Source: Chiloscyllium plagiosum (Eukaryota). Taken from it: DNA of 64,000 bases. The stretch is taken from the NCBI RefSeq assembly GCF_004010195.1, contig NC_057753.1, positions 12,659,631 through 12,723,630 of the forward strand. The letters are read 5' to 3'. A program made the position numbers and the translations under genes. The notes below the pieces were generated by a model, which worked only from the letters and a program-made list of their open reading frames with translations, did no database searches and had not been told where the DNA came from. The first letter of the stretch is position 1. Every line of letters begins with the position of its first letter. Positions 13,246 to 25,608 of the stretch are shown here, in pieces.

Positions 13246-14084
13246 GATCTCTGAATGCAAATGCGCAGACGCATTAAGTGACTGGGATTGTTAATTCAAA
13301 TCACTGTTAATTTCAAGAGAAATTAAATTCTAGTATCGTGTAGGTATTCTTGAGTTTCAGGGACATAATGAGACCACAACTGACGTACTGCCCACCGCAG
13401 TGAGCTTTTCAGTTGGAAAACATTTGGAAGCATTTCAGATAAGGAAACATTATCAGGTTGATTCCTGGCTTGGCAAGACTGCACACAAAAGGTCCTTGCG
13501 ATTATCAGCTGGAGAACTCAGTGTGACATTCCCAAAGTCAGAGAAATACAAATTGGCGCCTCACCTACATCTGTTTCAGCATATGTCTTTACAAAGCAAT
13601 TGCTGACATGGATAACAGTGAGTGTTTTCACCGAATCTCGTTCGCAGGAATCGGATTTGATCCTGAACTAAGCGTAACCTGCGTCTCAGCCAGCTTCCAC
13701 ACTCAGTAATAATCGTTTTACTATTTCCCCACTGTAACATTTTCTGCTATATTTTGCTGTTATCGTTCTCTAGTACACCTAAGTGATCAAATGAACGTCG
13801 ACTGGCTGATCAACTTAGTCAGGAAATGTAACTGTAGACATGATTCTCCGTTAAAAATCCAACAAAATATTTTGCAATCTTATATCATTAACAAAGATAT
13901 GTTTCAGCTGGATGTGTACTTTAAATACAGTTATTTTTGCATTTCCTGCAAGCTATAAAGGCCATAGAGTTATATCATTCAAGAGCATTCAATAAAGTGG
14001 ATAATTTTACTGGAAACTGAAAAATAAATTATCCATTCGTCCATTTTATGAAACACAAATGGTCTCTTTCTGTTTCTGTTGCAG

Positions 14085-14983
14085 CTAATTTGGCTGTGAT
14101 TGCGATCTTGCCTCGAAGGCAATGTGGTTTGTCTGGGTGCATGATACTTTACCTGGTGTCCATGGCGGTGGCAGACCTCCTGGTCCTGGTAACCTGTGTA
14201 ATATTAAACCGGATACCTGGGATTTACTTTCCATACAGTTTTCTGTCCATTACTCCAGTTTGCAGTTTTCGTGCTGTCTTAAATTCCACCACTGTAGACA
14301 GTTCTGCTTGGTTTACTGTCGCTTTCACCTTTGATCGATTTGTGGTGATTTCTTGCCAGAAGCTGAAAATAAAATATTGCACCAGAATGGTCGCAGCATG
14401 GGTCATAGGAATCGTATCTACGCTGTGTTGCATAAAAAATGCATTTTTGTATTTTATATATGAACCTGTGTACACAATTAACAATGTATCCTGGTTCTGC
14501 AACATAAAATTGATATTTTATGAGTCACCTGTTTGGACCGCATATGATTTACTTCGTAGCATTTTCAACCCTCTTCTCCCATTCGTTCTGATTTTACTGC
14601 TCAATGCTTTGACGATTAGATATATTCTTCTGGCCAATGGAGCCCGAAGGAGACTCAGGGAGGATAGTCACAGAGAGAATCAGAGTGACCCAGAGATGGA
14701 GAAGAGGAGAAAGTCCATCACTTTACTCTTTGCCATTTCAGGCAGTTTCCTTTTGTTGTATTTGTTATCTTTTACAACGATCCTCTATGTCCGAATTGTG
14801 AAAGTGACCTATTTTTCAGGTTCACTTTTCAGCAAATCGTCATTTATCCTTGAGGAGAATGCATTTATGCTTTTATTTTTGTGTTCCTGCATCAATCCGT
14901 TTATTTATGCTGGAACCCAAAATAAATTCAGAGACGAATTAAAGAATGGGTTGAAATACCTGCTGCGTCAATTTCGTAAATGA
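14085..14983 (+). CDS. GPR139-like orphan class A GPCR copy A, coding exon 2 (322 aa with exon 1)
   Basis: Acceptor tttctgttgcag|ct and an open frame to TGA. Seven hydrophobic segments with MAVADLL (TM2), AFTFDRF (TM3), an ECL2 Cys and NPFIY (TM7). Family assignment is by recall of the shark GPR139-like expansion, not by a search. Confidence 0.9.
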
Positions 14984-15205
14984 TTCGAAATTGGAAAATA
15001 TGAATATCAATCATGCACAATTTTCCAGAGGTACAACGTAACAACACCGTGATTGTAACGATGCAACGTAAATAGGCAGAACTTGTGGTATCATGGTTCC
15101 TGTATGTTTTATTCACTTGTTTATTTTTATTTCACCAGCAAAAAGAACATTAGTTGTCCTCTGTAATTGCAGGTTTATTCTAAACTATGGTGGCGACTGG
15201 TATGA

Positions 15206-15211
15206 AATAAA
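15206..15211 (+). promoter_or_regulatory. Candidate polyadenylation signal of GPCR copy A
   Basis: AATAAA about 220 nt after the stop, conserved at 42358-42363 in copy B. Confidence 0.55.
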
Positions 15212-15463
15212 TTGAAACACTTTTTCTTGTAAAATTGACTAAAGCAATGTTTAATTTACTTAAGTGATGTTGATGGTCTATCGTAAAAGTAATTGAGGTG
15301 TTGCCCATTGTGACATAGGTGGAGGCAGATGGCAATGCTTTGTGAGCAGAAATTCGAGAGAATGCAGTGACGAATCAGAGAGGACCTGATGTACGATAGT
15401 CAATTCTTATTTAACTTGTAGGAGAAACGCAGCACAATAGCATCTGAGACAGAAATGGTTTTG

Positions 15464-15600
15464 TCTGAGAGCTCAGTAACTCACAGTAGAGTGAGTCAGT
15501 TTCAGATCCGTGATAGTTTAACTGGTGAAGTTATTTACTGTCTGGAGCTCTAAACAGGTACCAACCAAAATCCACTTTATATAAGAGCCACTCGAATGTC
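15464..15600 (-). pseudogene. V pseudogene V-b, copy A (3' part only)
   Basis: Minus strand reads TITDLKLTHSTVSY*ALR, matching FR3 LTI..LKLTDSAVYYCALR. Leader and FR1-2, present in copy B, are deleted here (~345 bp). Confidence 0.65.
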
Positions 15601-16199
15601 TCCACAGAATGCAATGAAACTGATCGGAACTTTGTTAGCTTGAATTGATTGGAAGAATTTCGAAACGGTTGAAGACCAGCGATCACACAGGACGCTTTCC
15701 TACCATTTTTCGCACGTGCACTGCTTTGAATCACATGCCGGTAGTTAAAAATTATTATTTTATGCGACATGAATATCGCTGTTTTTTTAGCATTTATTGT
15801 TCATCCCTAATTTCTCTGGAATTCAGTGTGTCCAATTGCCTGAGCACTGGTAGTAGTGACTCCCGTGATCTGATCTCTAGATCAGTTTAATTCGAAGGAT
15901 TCCGTATTTTTTTCACAAAGGTCAATATGCCAGTCATAATATAAAGATGGAATGTGCTATTATTGAGCAAACAGATCTGAAGAACATATTAAATTCTTAC
16001 TCTTAAAACACATTCCAAAATCTGTCCTCGACTGTACTTTAAGTTTCATATACTGTTTGTGTTCTAACTCCAATTAGCTGCCCTTCTCCGTGCCTGTCAG
16101 TATAGATGTGATAATCTACAATCTTCAGATTCTGGATTTGCAGTGAGAGAATACAAAGAAAGCAGTATCATTCATATTATTTTTACATTTACCACTCAT

Positions 16200-16800
16200 T
16201 TATTCACAGTGCCAATCGACAGCCTGAGGACACCAACTTGCAACAATTCCACTTGTATGCAACTGGACCTTAAACCACTGTGACCTGGTATTTTACGTAT
16301 TCATCTAGATGGTTGTTAAATGTTGTGTGAGTTTCCAACTCCACAATCATCCGAGGCAGTACATTCCATATTTCGCCCACCTCCACATAATATCCTTTTT
16401 CTCAGGTTGCCTCTGCACTTCTTCGTCCTCATCTTAAACACATGCTTTCCGCTCTTCGACACGTGCCCCTTTGGAAAATAAAATCTCTCGAGATTTTCTA
16501 TCTCTTCCGATGATTGTTGGACACACCTCAATCAGATTCTCCCAAACCAAGTTGTGTTTGTTCAAAGAGAAACATATCCAACCCGAGGCTTTTCGTTGCA
16601 ATCAACATCCTGCTTTGTATTGTCTCCAGTGCAATGGGGGTTTTCCCATTGAGTGACGAACAGAATGACACGTGGTTTTGCATCTCTGGCATAAGCAATG
16701 TTTTATGAATTTGCAACAAAACTTCCTTGCTACTGCATTCAACGACCCAACTAATGAAGGCAAACAGACTATTCGCCTTGTTCATCACCCTCTCGACATT
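16200..16800 (-). mobile_element. Decayed CR1-clade LINE 3' fragment (also ~43700-44290)
   Basis: KANSLFAFISWVVECSSKEVLLQIHKTLLMPEMQNHVSFCS, a CR1 C-terminal signature. Confidence 0.7.
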
Positions 16801-17099
16801 TTTTTCTATTCTGTTATGAAGTTGTAGGCAAGTACTGTTCCTTTAAGAGAGGTTGAAAGCTGGCAAGGACTGAACAAACAGAATATGCTGGAAAGTTTAA
16901 AAATGTAACATCTGGAACTGAAACAAATACCAGGAGCAGAGTTGCTATGTTACACAACAAATTCGAATTTGACCAATCAGTATAAATTATGCTCCAAGAT
17001 ACCAATATCCAATCGAATTTGATTTTTAATGTTTTTACGACATCAAACCAATGAGTTGATCCGACGATTTGGGGTATAGAACTCGGATATATTGAACAG

Positions 17100-17330
17100 T
17101 TACAGAGCGGCAAAGAACATCATACTGTCTGCAGACTCTCTCTCTGAAAGTTAAATTGCCCGCAGTGAAGCTGTCTTGGAAGATATCGTTTCACATGAAA
17201 TCTGTGAAGAAGAAGACCGGAGAAAATAAGACAAGAAGATACCAAGGGAAAAGAGGCAGCTGGCTTGCTTCGAAATTTGATTTTTTTAAACATATTCGGG
17301 GGTGGGTGTTACCAGATCAGTCTATTGTTG
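17100..17330 (-). pseudogene. Possible highly decayed V relic (also ~44590-44820)
   Basis: Scattered motifs in V order: PWY, FQDSFTA, ADSM(M/V)FF.AL. No clear RSS. Confidence 0.3.
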
Positions 17331-17549
17331 CAGAGTGGGAGGTAGATAGCTCCTTTATGCAAAGGAGGCGTACAGTATAGATAGTGGTTCTTTAATCCTA
17401 CTGTTCTTCTAGAAGTAAACTTTTTTTTATTTAAATAATAAATTTTTGTCACTCATACTTTAACAGATTATGAGTTGAGATGAGCTTTTCTGGGTGTCTG
17501 GTTCAATTTAGCAGAAGGATTTATCCCGAGTGGTAACAATTCATTCAAG

Positions 17550-18900
17550 GGATGAGGACACCACTATCTTGGTTAGCATTTAAACAGTTAAGATTCAATC
17601 ACATTCCAGTTCATCTGTCGTCACATGTAGGCTAAACCAGGTGTGGATGACAGATTCATTCTCTGACGCTCATTGCTGAAACAGTTGAGCTTTTCCAACA
17701 ATCAGCTCAAGTCCCACCATCTTCCATGGCAGAATTCGAACACGTGTCCCCAGAACCTGACTTGGGCCTCTGGATTAACAGTCCAGCGAAAATAGTACTG
17801 GGTTATTTCCAACTCAAGGGCGACACTTGCTGACATCTTCAGGGATCTGTGGACTTGTAGGCCTCGTTGCTTTCTGGTAAACATTGTGTGCATCCTTCTT
17901 TTATTAGTTTTCTCTAAAAGCATAATATTTCACCAACCAGGAATAAACTCCACTCACCATTATTCTCCCCAATTTACTATCTGATCCATGTCAAACTCTG
18001 GCTGTACAAAATCGTCCATAACATCATCACTTTCCGTGAATTTTGCAAACGTACTAATTATATCTTCTGCATTCACATATAAATCGTTCATGCACATAGC
18101 AAAGAGCAAAGGTTGCAGCATCGACACTTGTGACTAGTGGCATACCAGTCACAGGCTTCCAATCACAAAAATAACGCTCCATCATGACATTTTTCCTCCT
18201 GTCTACAAAGTATTTTTAGGTCTCTGTCAAAAGATGCATTGAAATGTTTCTTTTGGGCAAGCTTTTCACTTTGGAACCTTGTCAAAGATCTCAATGAAGT
18301 ACATGTGAACAACTTTGATGTAGTTCCTCTACCAATACATTCATTAGCTTTTCAACACGAATCGCATTTAAATTAAACAGACTCCACTTGCAGAAAACTG
18401 TGCACCTGAACCAAAAGATGCTTTTGTTTCGCTACACTCCATCGGGCACTCACTCACCATGAATAGTTTACCCTGATTTGACTTTCCAAATTGCAGGACC
18501 TCACACTTATCTATAAAAACCTCCACTTCCAATTTCTCTAAACATTTGTCCAGCTGCTGAAGGTCGTGCTGCTGCAATTTCTGGTAACTTTGCTCACAAT
18601 CTGCGTTAGCTCCTCCGTTAGTGTCCTATGGAAACCGAGTAATCATCCATTCTGAGTTTTCATGCAACACATTGCTATAGATAACAAACAGCAATGGGTC
18701 CAGCACCTTCCGCTGAGGCACACTTGTCACAGGTCCCCAATCCTTCTAATATTACGCTCTGCTTCCTACCATGAAGCCAATTGTGTACTCAATTTGCAAC
18801 TCTCTCTCATTCATGCGATCGAACCTTCCAGAACAGCCTACCATGCGGAACATTATCAGAGGCATTACTCCCATATAAACACTCATGCTGACTCTTCCTA
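17550..18900 (-). mobile_element. Nested decayed SINE and CR1 LINE fragments (also ~45040-46150)
   Basis: B-box-like gtgttcgaattc on the minus strand near 17730-17745; CR1 peptide QHDLQQLDKCLEKLEVEVFIDKCEVLQFGKSNQGK. Confidence 0.65.
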
Positions 18901-19279
18901 GTCACAAGCTAGATGTTTGCACTTGGTCTTCTGTATCTCTGAATCAGTGTGAGGGGTTCAGAGCTCAAAATACATGGTGCTTTCGGTTGACCAGTCTCAA
19001 GATACCTAAAGTAAACAGTTTATTTTCTTTTTGCAAGTTAAAATCGATTCTGTCCTGCAATTCTGGAGACTTATAAACGTCCTCCATATATCGTCAGTAA
19101 ATATCACAGATTTATCCGGGGATATTGGATGTCCCAGTCTAGGTTTCTGCCAGCGTATGTTGTCAACTTTCGGCAGTGCAGTTTAATATGTTTGCCGTTC
19201 GGATTCAGGTGGATACTGGGGCGCTGAAGTATTTCCACTCGTTCTTGTGACACAAGTACAAAATGTTTCCGTGTTTAGG

Positions 19280-19460
19280 GAAACTGCTATCCTCACCTCG
19301 TCAGGATGAAAGGTGATTCCCGGCCCACAGGAATGTGTTTGATTCTTAAGTGCCATTCTGGCTTCAGGGACCGATAATAAATGTTGTTCAAATCCTTTTC
19401 ATTTAGTGACAACGTGATCGCAGACGCTGCAGTGTATTACTGTGCGACGCAGACAGAGTG
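19280..19460 (+). pseudogene. V pseudogene V-c, copy A
   Basis: FR1-like RETAILT, preceded by LVTQ from about 19245. Ends gac gct gca gtg tat tac tgt gcg acg = DAAVYYCAT, followed by decayed heptamer CAGAGTG (19454-19460). No recognisable nonamer. Confidence 0.7.
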
Positions 19461-20437
19461 AGAGAAACAGTGGATATGGCCATCAGTTTCTTGCATTGTG
19501 ATTTCTGTCTGATTTCTGTCAAACATTGCCCAAAACAAGAAATTTACAAACACTAGTGAATTCACAATTCATAAATTCATTCCTCATTAATTGACAAAAT
19601 CTTAGGACGATGATAAATTGTAGACAATTATGTTAAATCGGGCATTGTACACGTGCAATATTAAAAGCATATTCATGGACAGAAGCGGAGGACTACTTTT
19701 TTGGATCGANNNNNNNNNNNNNNNNNNNNNNNNNNNNNNNNNNNNNNNNNNNNNNNNNNNNNNNNNNNNNNNNNNNNNNNNNNNNNNNNNNNNNNNNNNN
19801 NNNNNNNNNNNNNNNNNNNNNNNNNNNNNNNNNNNNNNNNNNNNNNGCACAGAGGCACTTTATTTATGTAGTATTATATTTGAAGGCTGAATTTCTTAAG
19901 AATTCATCCTGTTTTGCAGCTAATTCTTTTCATCTGGAGACGGTTCCGTGATCACTTCATCATGGAATTGTTGGACAGACAATTGACTTTAAGATAAGGC
20001 TACTGCTAATTGACTTTGTATTCTGCTGCAGACAATGCCGTTATTATTAGCTTACCTCCACATTTATGGAAGGAAATCAATCAGTAATAGCATTACCCAT
20101 CTGAACATTCCTCCCAGTGATCGGAAAAATGAACTGCGGCAGAAGCTTGGGGCTCTGACTGTACCAGTACGCAGAAGCATTAGACCCAAATTTTCTAGCA
20201 GTTGTAGGTCAATGCGACATTCTCTATTTCCTCATTTTTTTAAATCGGAAAAGTGGTGTTCCACTGTATCATGGTTGTTCAATTTTAACACATGGAAAAC
20301 AGTTGAAAAAAATGAGAGCCAATATCTTTGCCACCATTTCTGTTATTCGACCAAGAATAACATTTGTATTGTAACAGTCAGTTTGTCTTTTTCTCAGAAG
20401 AAAATATTTATTGAGAATAGGTACATAGACGAGGGGC

Positions 20438-20860
20438 GGTTTGAGTATCTCCAAATATTGATTTCTCACTTTGGACTTCTGCAGTGCAGTATATTTTCTG
20501 TCAAACCATACATGCAGATCACTGCCCAACTGCGTTGCTGATCGAATCGATGACAAGAACGGCGCATGGCAGTAATTTCTCAAACAACACTGACAAACCG
20601 TGTATGCTAGAAATGAGAAACAAAAGCAGAAATTGCTGGAAAACTTCAGCTGGTCTGGCAGCACCTATGGAGCAAAATCAGAACTAAAGTTTCGTGTTAA
20701 ATGATGGATCACTGCCGAACTGCTAAGTCTGTTTTCTATCCATAGACGCTGGCAGACCTGCTAAGTTCCCAAGCAATTTTTGTTTTCTTCTCAGCTGCAG
20801 TCGGAACAGATAGAGTAAAATAGTAACAGTGCCGTCTCCGAACTGTGACCTGCTGTTTAA
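20438..20860 (-). pseudogene. Possible V relic interrupted by a fold-back element (also ~48528-48960)
   Basis: PFLSSI..GSDLHVWFD then tac tgc (YC), followed by CAAAGTG + 20/21 bp + ACTCAAACC. Very decayed. Confidence 0.3.
20617..20790. mobile_element. Short fold-back (inverted-repeat) element (also ~48708-48880)
   Basis: Arms aaattgctggaaaacttcagctggtctggcagcacctatgga / tccatagacgctggcagacctgctaagttcccaagcaattt. Confidence 0.6.
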
Positions 20861-21125
20861 ACATGGAAGACATTACTTGTCATGTTTCAATTCTCTGTAT
20901 CTTCATTAATAGCCCCAGCGTGGATTAACGTTATCCAGTTTCAAGTCTAAGTGGGGAAATATGATTTCCAAATATCAGGTCCACTTCAGCCATCCTGGTT
21001 TAGAGAATGGTTAATGGTACAGCCGGGACAGAGAAGCAGAATAAAGAAATATTCTGTCGATCTGCAGCTTCACACATGTGTATTATCATTATTTTCTCTT
21101 CTAATTCGAGGAAATCAGTCAAATG

Positions 21126-21340
21126 TGTGTTGCTGAGAAAGCACAGCCGATCAGGCAGCATCTGAGGAGCAGAGAATCGACGTTTTGGGCATAAGCCCAT
21201 CCTGGAAATGTATGTCCCTTCATCAAGTGTCATAATCCCTCAGATATGTGTGACAAATGTTGAAAGACTTATAGGGTTTATGCCCAAAACTTCGATTCGC
21301 CTCCTCCTCGGATATTGCCTGACCTGTGGTGCTCTTCAGT
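21126..21340. mobile_element. Fold-back element with degenerate hammerhead-like arms (also ~49228-49441)
   Basis: tcaggcagcatctgaggagcagagaatcgacgttttgggcataagccc followed ~60 bp later by its reverse complement gggtttatgcccaaaacttcgattcgcctcctcctcggatattgcctga. Confidence 0.65.
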
Positions 21341-22881
21341 CCTCACTTTCTCCTAATTCGAGGAACTGTAAAGACATTCCTATTATCAGTTGTCACAGTG
21401 CAAATAAATTAATGTGAACTTTCCAATCTGAAACCAACACGAAATGAGTTACTTTTTTCTTCACTCTGCGAGTGTTCCAGACGGTAATAATCCAAGGTCT
21501 AGAATTCAGTCTAATTCCTGCCCTGGTCTCCATACCATTCACTGCTGCCAGTCTGATGTGAGGAACCGATGAATAAATGAGCTGTGAGCTCTTGGATCGC
21601 ACCTGCCTAATCTGTCAGCAATGAGCCTGCAGAGAGACTGGATATTATTCAACGGAATTCTTGAATTCAACAATTTCATTGTTAGTTTATTTTGTATAAA
21701 TCCGTATTCACAGCGTAGAATCATGACTTTTGCTTTGAATGCATTATTTACAAAGGCACCTGTCATAATTGAAATGAATGTTAAAATGTACACAATGTTT
21801 CACATAAAGGCATTGCCAACGTTGTTTTAATCATGCATTCTCTCTCTTTCTACATTGTTGCGTTATCAGGTGGTTTTTGGTGCCATAGCTAGAAGATGAC
21901 ATTTCTAAATTTCTGCAAGTCGTGGCCTGCACATTCTGTTTCTCAAGAGTCGGGTTCAGCAATGACATTTGAAGACTTTGCAAAGACAGTTAGTTAAAGA
22001 CATTCGACCACTGCTGTTACTATTTAAACTTTGCAAAAATGTCATCAGATTTTATATAAAGCAGAGACATTGTTGATCTGCTCTGTTATCAGACCTAAGC
22101 GGGAAGGGGCGGGGGCGGTTCCGCTAAGATTGCCCATGAGTTAAATGGGGGATTTTCACTATCCGTTATCTGATGCTGTCTGACACCATGATACGTTAAT
22201 GAGAGACGCAGGGGCAGGAATCGAATAATCTGAAAAGCTAAACGACTGTGAAAAGAAATACGTTGATTACCAGCACTAAGAAAGTAATTGCAAGAGCACA
22301 ATGCCTCTACATCACTGCTCCTATCAACTCAGAATAAATAAGAGTGAGTTCAGATGCAAATTAGCTTCACAGTGAGGCATTGGCAGAGGAAATTGGGTGC
22401 AGTCACGAATTCTCCCTTAAAATGCACGTGACATGTCCGGTTTCTCCTGTTCATTCGTAACTATTCCCATGTGTATTTGTAAGCTGCCTAACATAAAGTG
22501 ACACCATAAAATCTTTGCCTGCTGCATCCCACAAAGAAATTTCCCAGTCACCACTTCACAAACTCAGTCTGACTTGTGAAAAATGAGCGACTCAGTCGAA
22601 TTTCAACAACTGCATTCTTGCACGGAAACTACTTATTTCTGATCATTAAATGGTAAGGCGACTGGTCTGCTCAGTTTGACTTGAAGCTGAATCTCAGACC
22701 CAGTTAAAAATCAAATTGGTTCAACATTTAGTGAGTTTGCAAATTGTCCCTTTTGTCAGTTAGTGGCAACCTGACTGTGTTTACGTATCATTTTCTAAAC
22801 ATCCGAGCGCACGGTTGATGTCTCTCTTCTTTCACATAAACGTTGACGTTGTCAGATCTCGTTCATCCTATCACATTGTAC

Positions 22882-22904
22882 ACAGGAAGTGACATCAAAT
22901 AAAA
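22882..22904 (+). promoter_or_regulatory. Candidate V promoter: Ets (GGAAG) + CRE-like (TGACATCA) + TATA-like (ATAAAA)
   Basis: ACAGGAAGTGACATCAAATAAAA about 100 nt upstream of the V-d leader ATG. CRE-like motifs are established features of TCR V promoters. Confidence 0.55.
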
Positions 22905-22992
22905 GGCGACCAGTGCTGTCAGCTTTGTGTTGTCTGATGTTGTTGTGGTTTCTGAGGCACAGAAACAGTTCTCACATTCCAGCGCAGCAGTA

Positions 22993-24044
22993 ATGTGGCT
23001 CTCCATTGTCTCTCTGATCTTGGTTTCTTCCATTATTGGCAATAACTAAATTTTTAAATCGCAGTTATTTTCTCGAGGAATAAATTTGACACATACAATA
23101 CTTGCTTTTGGCAAGTATCGTAGCTGGATTGGAACACTTTTTGTTTTTTACATACACGTTTGCGATGTATCTTGCATGAGGAACAAAAGTACACAAAACA
23201 CAACGTAGAAGCGAGTTTTGGGGATGATGCTGTATTGAGAGATTATAGCTGTCTCAAAACAGGTTCAGTTCCTTTGGCCTCTAATGAGAAGACCAACGGA
23301 CAACTGAACTGGCTTCGGACATGGAGAGGAATATACCACTTGAGAAGAATTACAGATCTGTAAGTTTAAATGAGAAAATGCTAGTGGCACAGACTCTTCA
23401 ATGAGGATTTGAAGAGAAACATGTTTAGCCCCAGACCAGGCAGAAAGATGTTTGTCATTACGACAAGAAGCATTTGGAGAAAACGAGAATGATTTATTTA
23501 AAAGGAAACCAGATGAACGGGTGCAGGTGAAACGGATGGAGTGTTTGCTGCAAGCACGAGAGGAAGAAATAGGTAAGATGCCAATATTTACACATGGGCA
23601 TGAGCCTGACGGTAAGAATGAACTCTCGGTAAGGAAGTGTTGCGAATTTGGTTGATTTAACTCCTATATTTTATCACCGATTTCGGCTTTCACTTACATT
23701 GTGTTTCAGATCTGAACGATGCAGATTCTGTCACTCAGCGGGAGACCTCGCTCACAGAGGGAGAAGACATCTCTTTAAACTGTACCTGCAGCGGAAATGA
23801 TCATTACTTATTCTGGTACTGTTTGTAGCTGGGCAGACAGTCCGAGTTCGCAATACAGAGGTAAAAGAGTGGAGTTTCTGAAAATAAGGCGGATTTCGCT
23901 CAGAACCGCTTTTATGATACCGTCCAGTAGACAGTGAAGTTTTACAGATTGACCATCTCAGAGCTGGTGCTATCAAACACCACCGTCTATTAATGTGCAA
24001 CGACTCAGAGTGATGGGAAAGAGAGAATGCCTTGTACAATATCG
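22993..24044 (+). pseudogene. V pseudogene V-d, copy A (leader, intron, V exon, 23-RSS)
   Basis: Leader 22993-23038 MWLSIVSLILVSSII (donor GC). V exon from 23710: DSVTQRETSLTEGEDISLNCTCSGNDHYLFWYCL*...RLTISELVLSNTTVY*CAT (4 stops). RSS CAGAGTG (24006-24012) + 23 + ACAATATCG. Confidence 0.9.
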
Positions 24045-24589
24045 GCTGCAGTATCTGTTTATCAGCGGCTGCCTGGAGCGCTGTTTATACCTGGTTGCAC
24101 ACTGACACTTAGGTACATTTCTGTGAGGAAATGCCCGAAGACTATCTGTCAGAAGAAATTCTAAAGACATTCACATGGAATAGTGATATTGATTATTGAA
24201 CTGATTACGAGACATATCTCATTGGCACCCTTGTATATGCTGATGTGTGGAAAGCCCCGCTCACTTTCATTGAGAATACAGATTGAGGAAACTGGCTTGT
24301 CATTACCTGTATCCACTGATTTCCTGATGGAAAGAGCCTGCACTCTCATCATTTTCGATGAGACATACTGAATGAACAGCAGTCGGTCATTGATGAAAAT
24401 CTGAATTATCACACTAACTTGATTGAGCATATCTCAATATTGAAGTACACATATTAAAGATTGAAAACCCACAATAATGCAAAATATCGAGGCAATATTT
24501 TCGGGATATGATGAGAAGTTAACTAGCTATGACATTATCAGAAAACGACTTACAAACATCTTAACAGGACTAAAGAATGTGAGGTACAA

Positions 24590-25095
24590 TGAGAAGGTGA
24601 GACACTTTTCCCCTGAGAGAAAGAAAAGGTAGGAGGTGGAAAGGCGAACTTATAGAGGTCATAAAATTATCAGGGGTGTGTATAAGGTGAATAGTAAAGG
24701 TCTCGTCGCCTGGGTATGCGAGTCCAAACCTGGAGTACATTTTTTTTAAGCTGAGAGGGGAGATTTGAGGAAATGTTGCGGGTAAATTTGTCATGTAGGA
24801 GTTGGTGTGGACTGCCAGAAACGTCGATTCTCCTGTTCCCTAGATGCTGCCTGACCTGCTGCGCTTTTCCAGCAACACATTTCCATCTTGTAATTAATGG
24901 CCCGAGAAAGGGGTAGATGCAGGAGCAATTATAACACCTCAGAGACATTTGGGCAGGCACGTGAATAGGAAGAATTTCGAATGAGATGGACCAAACTCCG
25001 ATGAACGTGAATACTTTAGTTTCAGAAGACTGTTCGGTCTAAACGAGTTGGACCGAATGAATTGTATCTTTGTTACATTACTCCATGACTCTAAT
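24590..25095 (+). mobile_element. CR1/HER1 LINE 3' fragment (also ~53040-53470), with a small copy-A-only insert at ~24818-24885
   Basis: FSL..RRWKGELIEVIKL-type sequence and tail actccatgactcta. Confidence 0.65.
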
Positions 25096-25608
25096 CTGTG
25101 AGAACAGGCGCTCTTTGTTCTTGCAACATTTGGTATCAAAACATCTGGTTGCAAAAAAAGTGTTCATGTTAGCGAATATTAATCGAGCTTTTAGGAACTT
25201 GAACTCATTGGTTCAGGCATTTTATGAGTAAAATGTATCTGTTTTATTATTTTCTTCCCCATACAATAGTGCGATGCTGCTGCTTTGAAATATTCATTGC
25301 TGATTGGAAAAGATGGTCAGGTTGGATATTTCGGGAAGATTTCTTGTTTGAATGTTTATAACAATAGAGAAGAAATTCCCTAATCACTTGCATTGATTAT
25401 TGTCAGAATGTATTCGATATAAGACACAGTGTAAACCGGCCCCAGTGATGCGCTGTTAACTTTTAGATTATTCAATATTTGGATACATTTCAATTTTGTG
25501 GTTTTGTGAAGGTTATATTTTGAAAGTATATGTTTCTCTGCAATGGTCCCCCGACGCCCTCCATTCTCCTCTCCACACCATTTAATGAGTTCTATTTCAT
25601 TGCGGCAG

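Noticed and set aside
14048-14084. ORF-track start MKHKWSLSVSVA as the GPCR N-terminus
   Set aside because: It is the polypyrimidine tract/acceptor, is not conserved in frame in copy B, and would truncate TM1. The upstream 70-nt exon completes TM1.
20035-20541. 168-aa ORF as a novel gene
   Set aside because: No recognisable motifs, and the frame is broken in the paralogous region of copy B.
22354-22361. Octamer ATGCAAAT as an Ig-type V promoter, with a leader-like stretch at 22271-22312 on the minus strand
   Set aside because: No recognisable V exon or RSS follows, and 8-mers like this arise by chance in AT-rich DNA.
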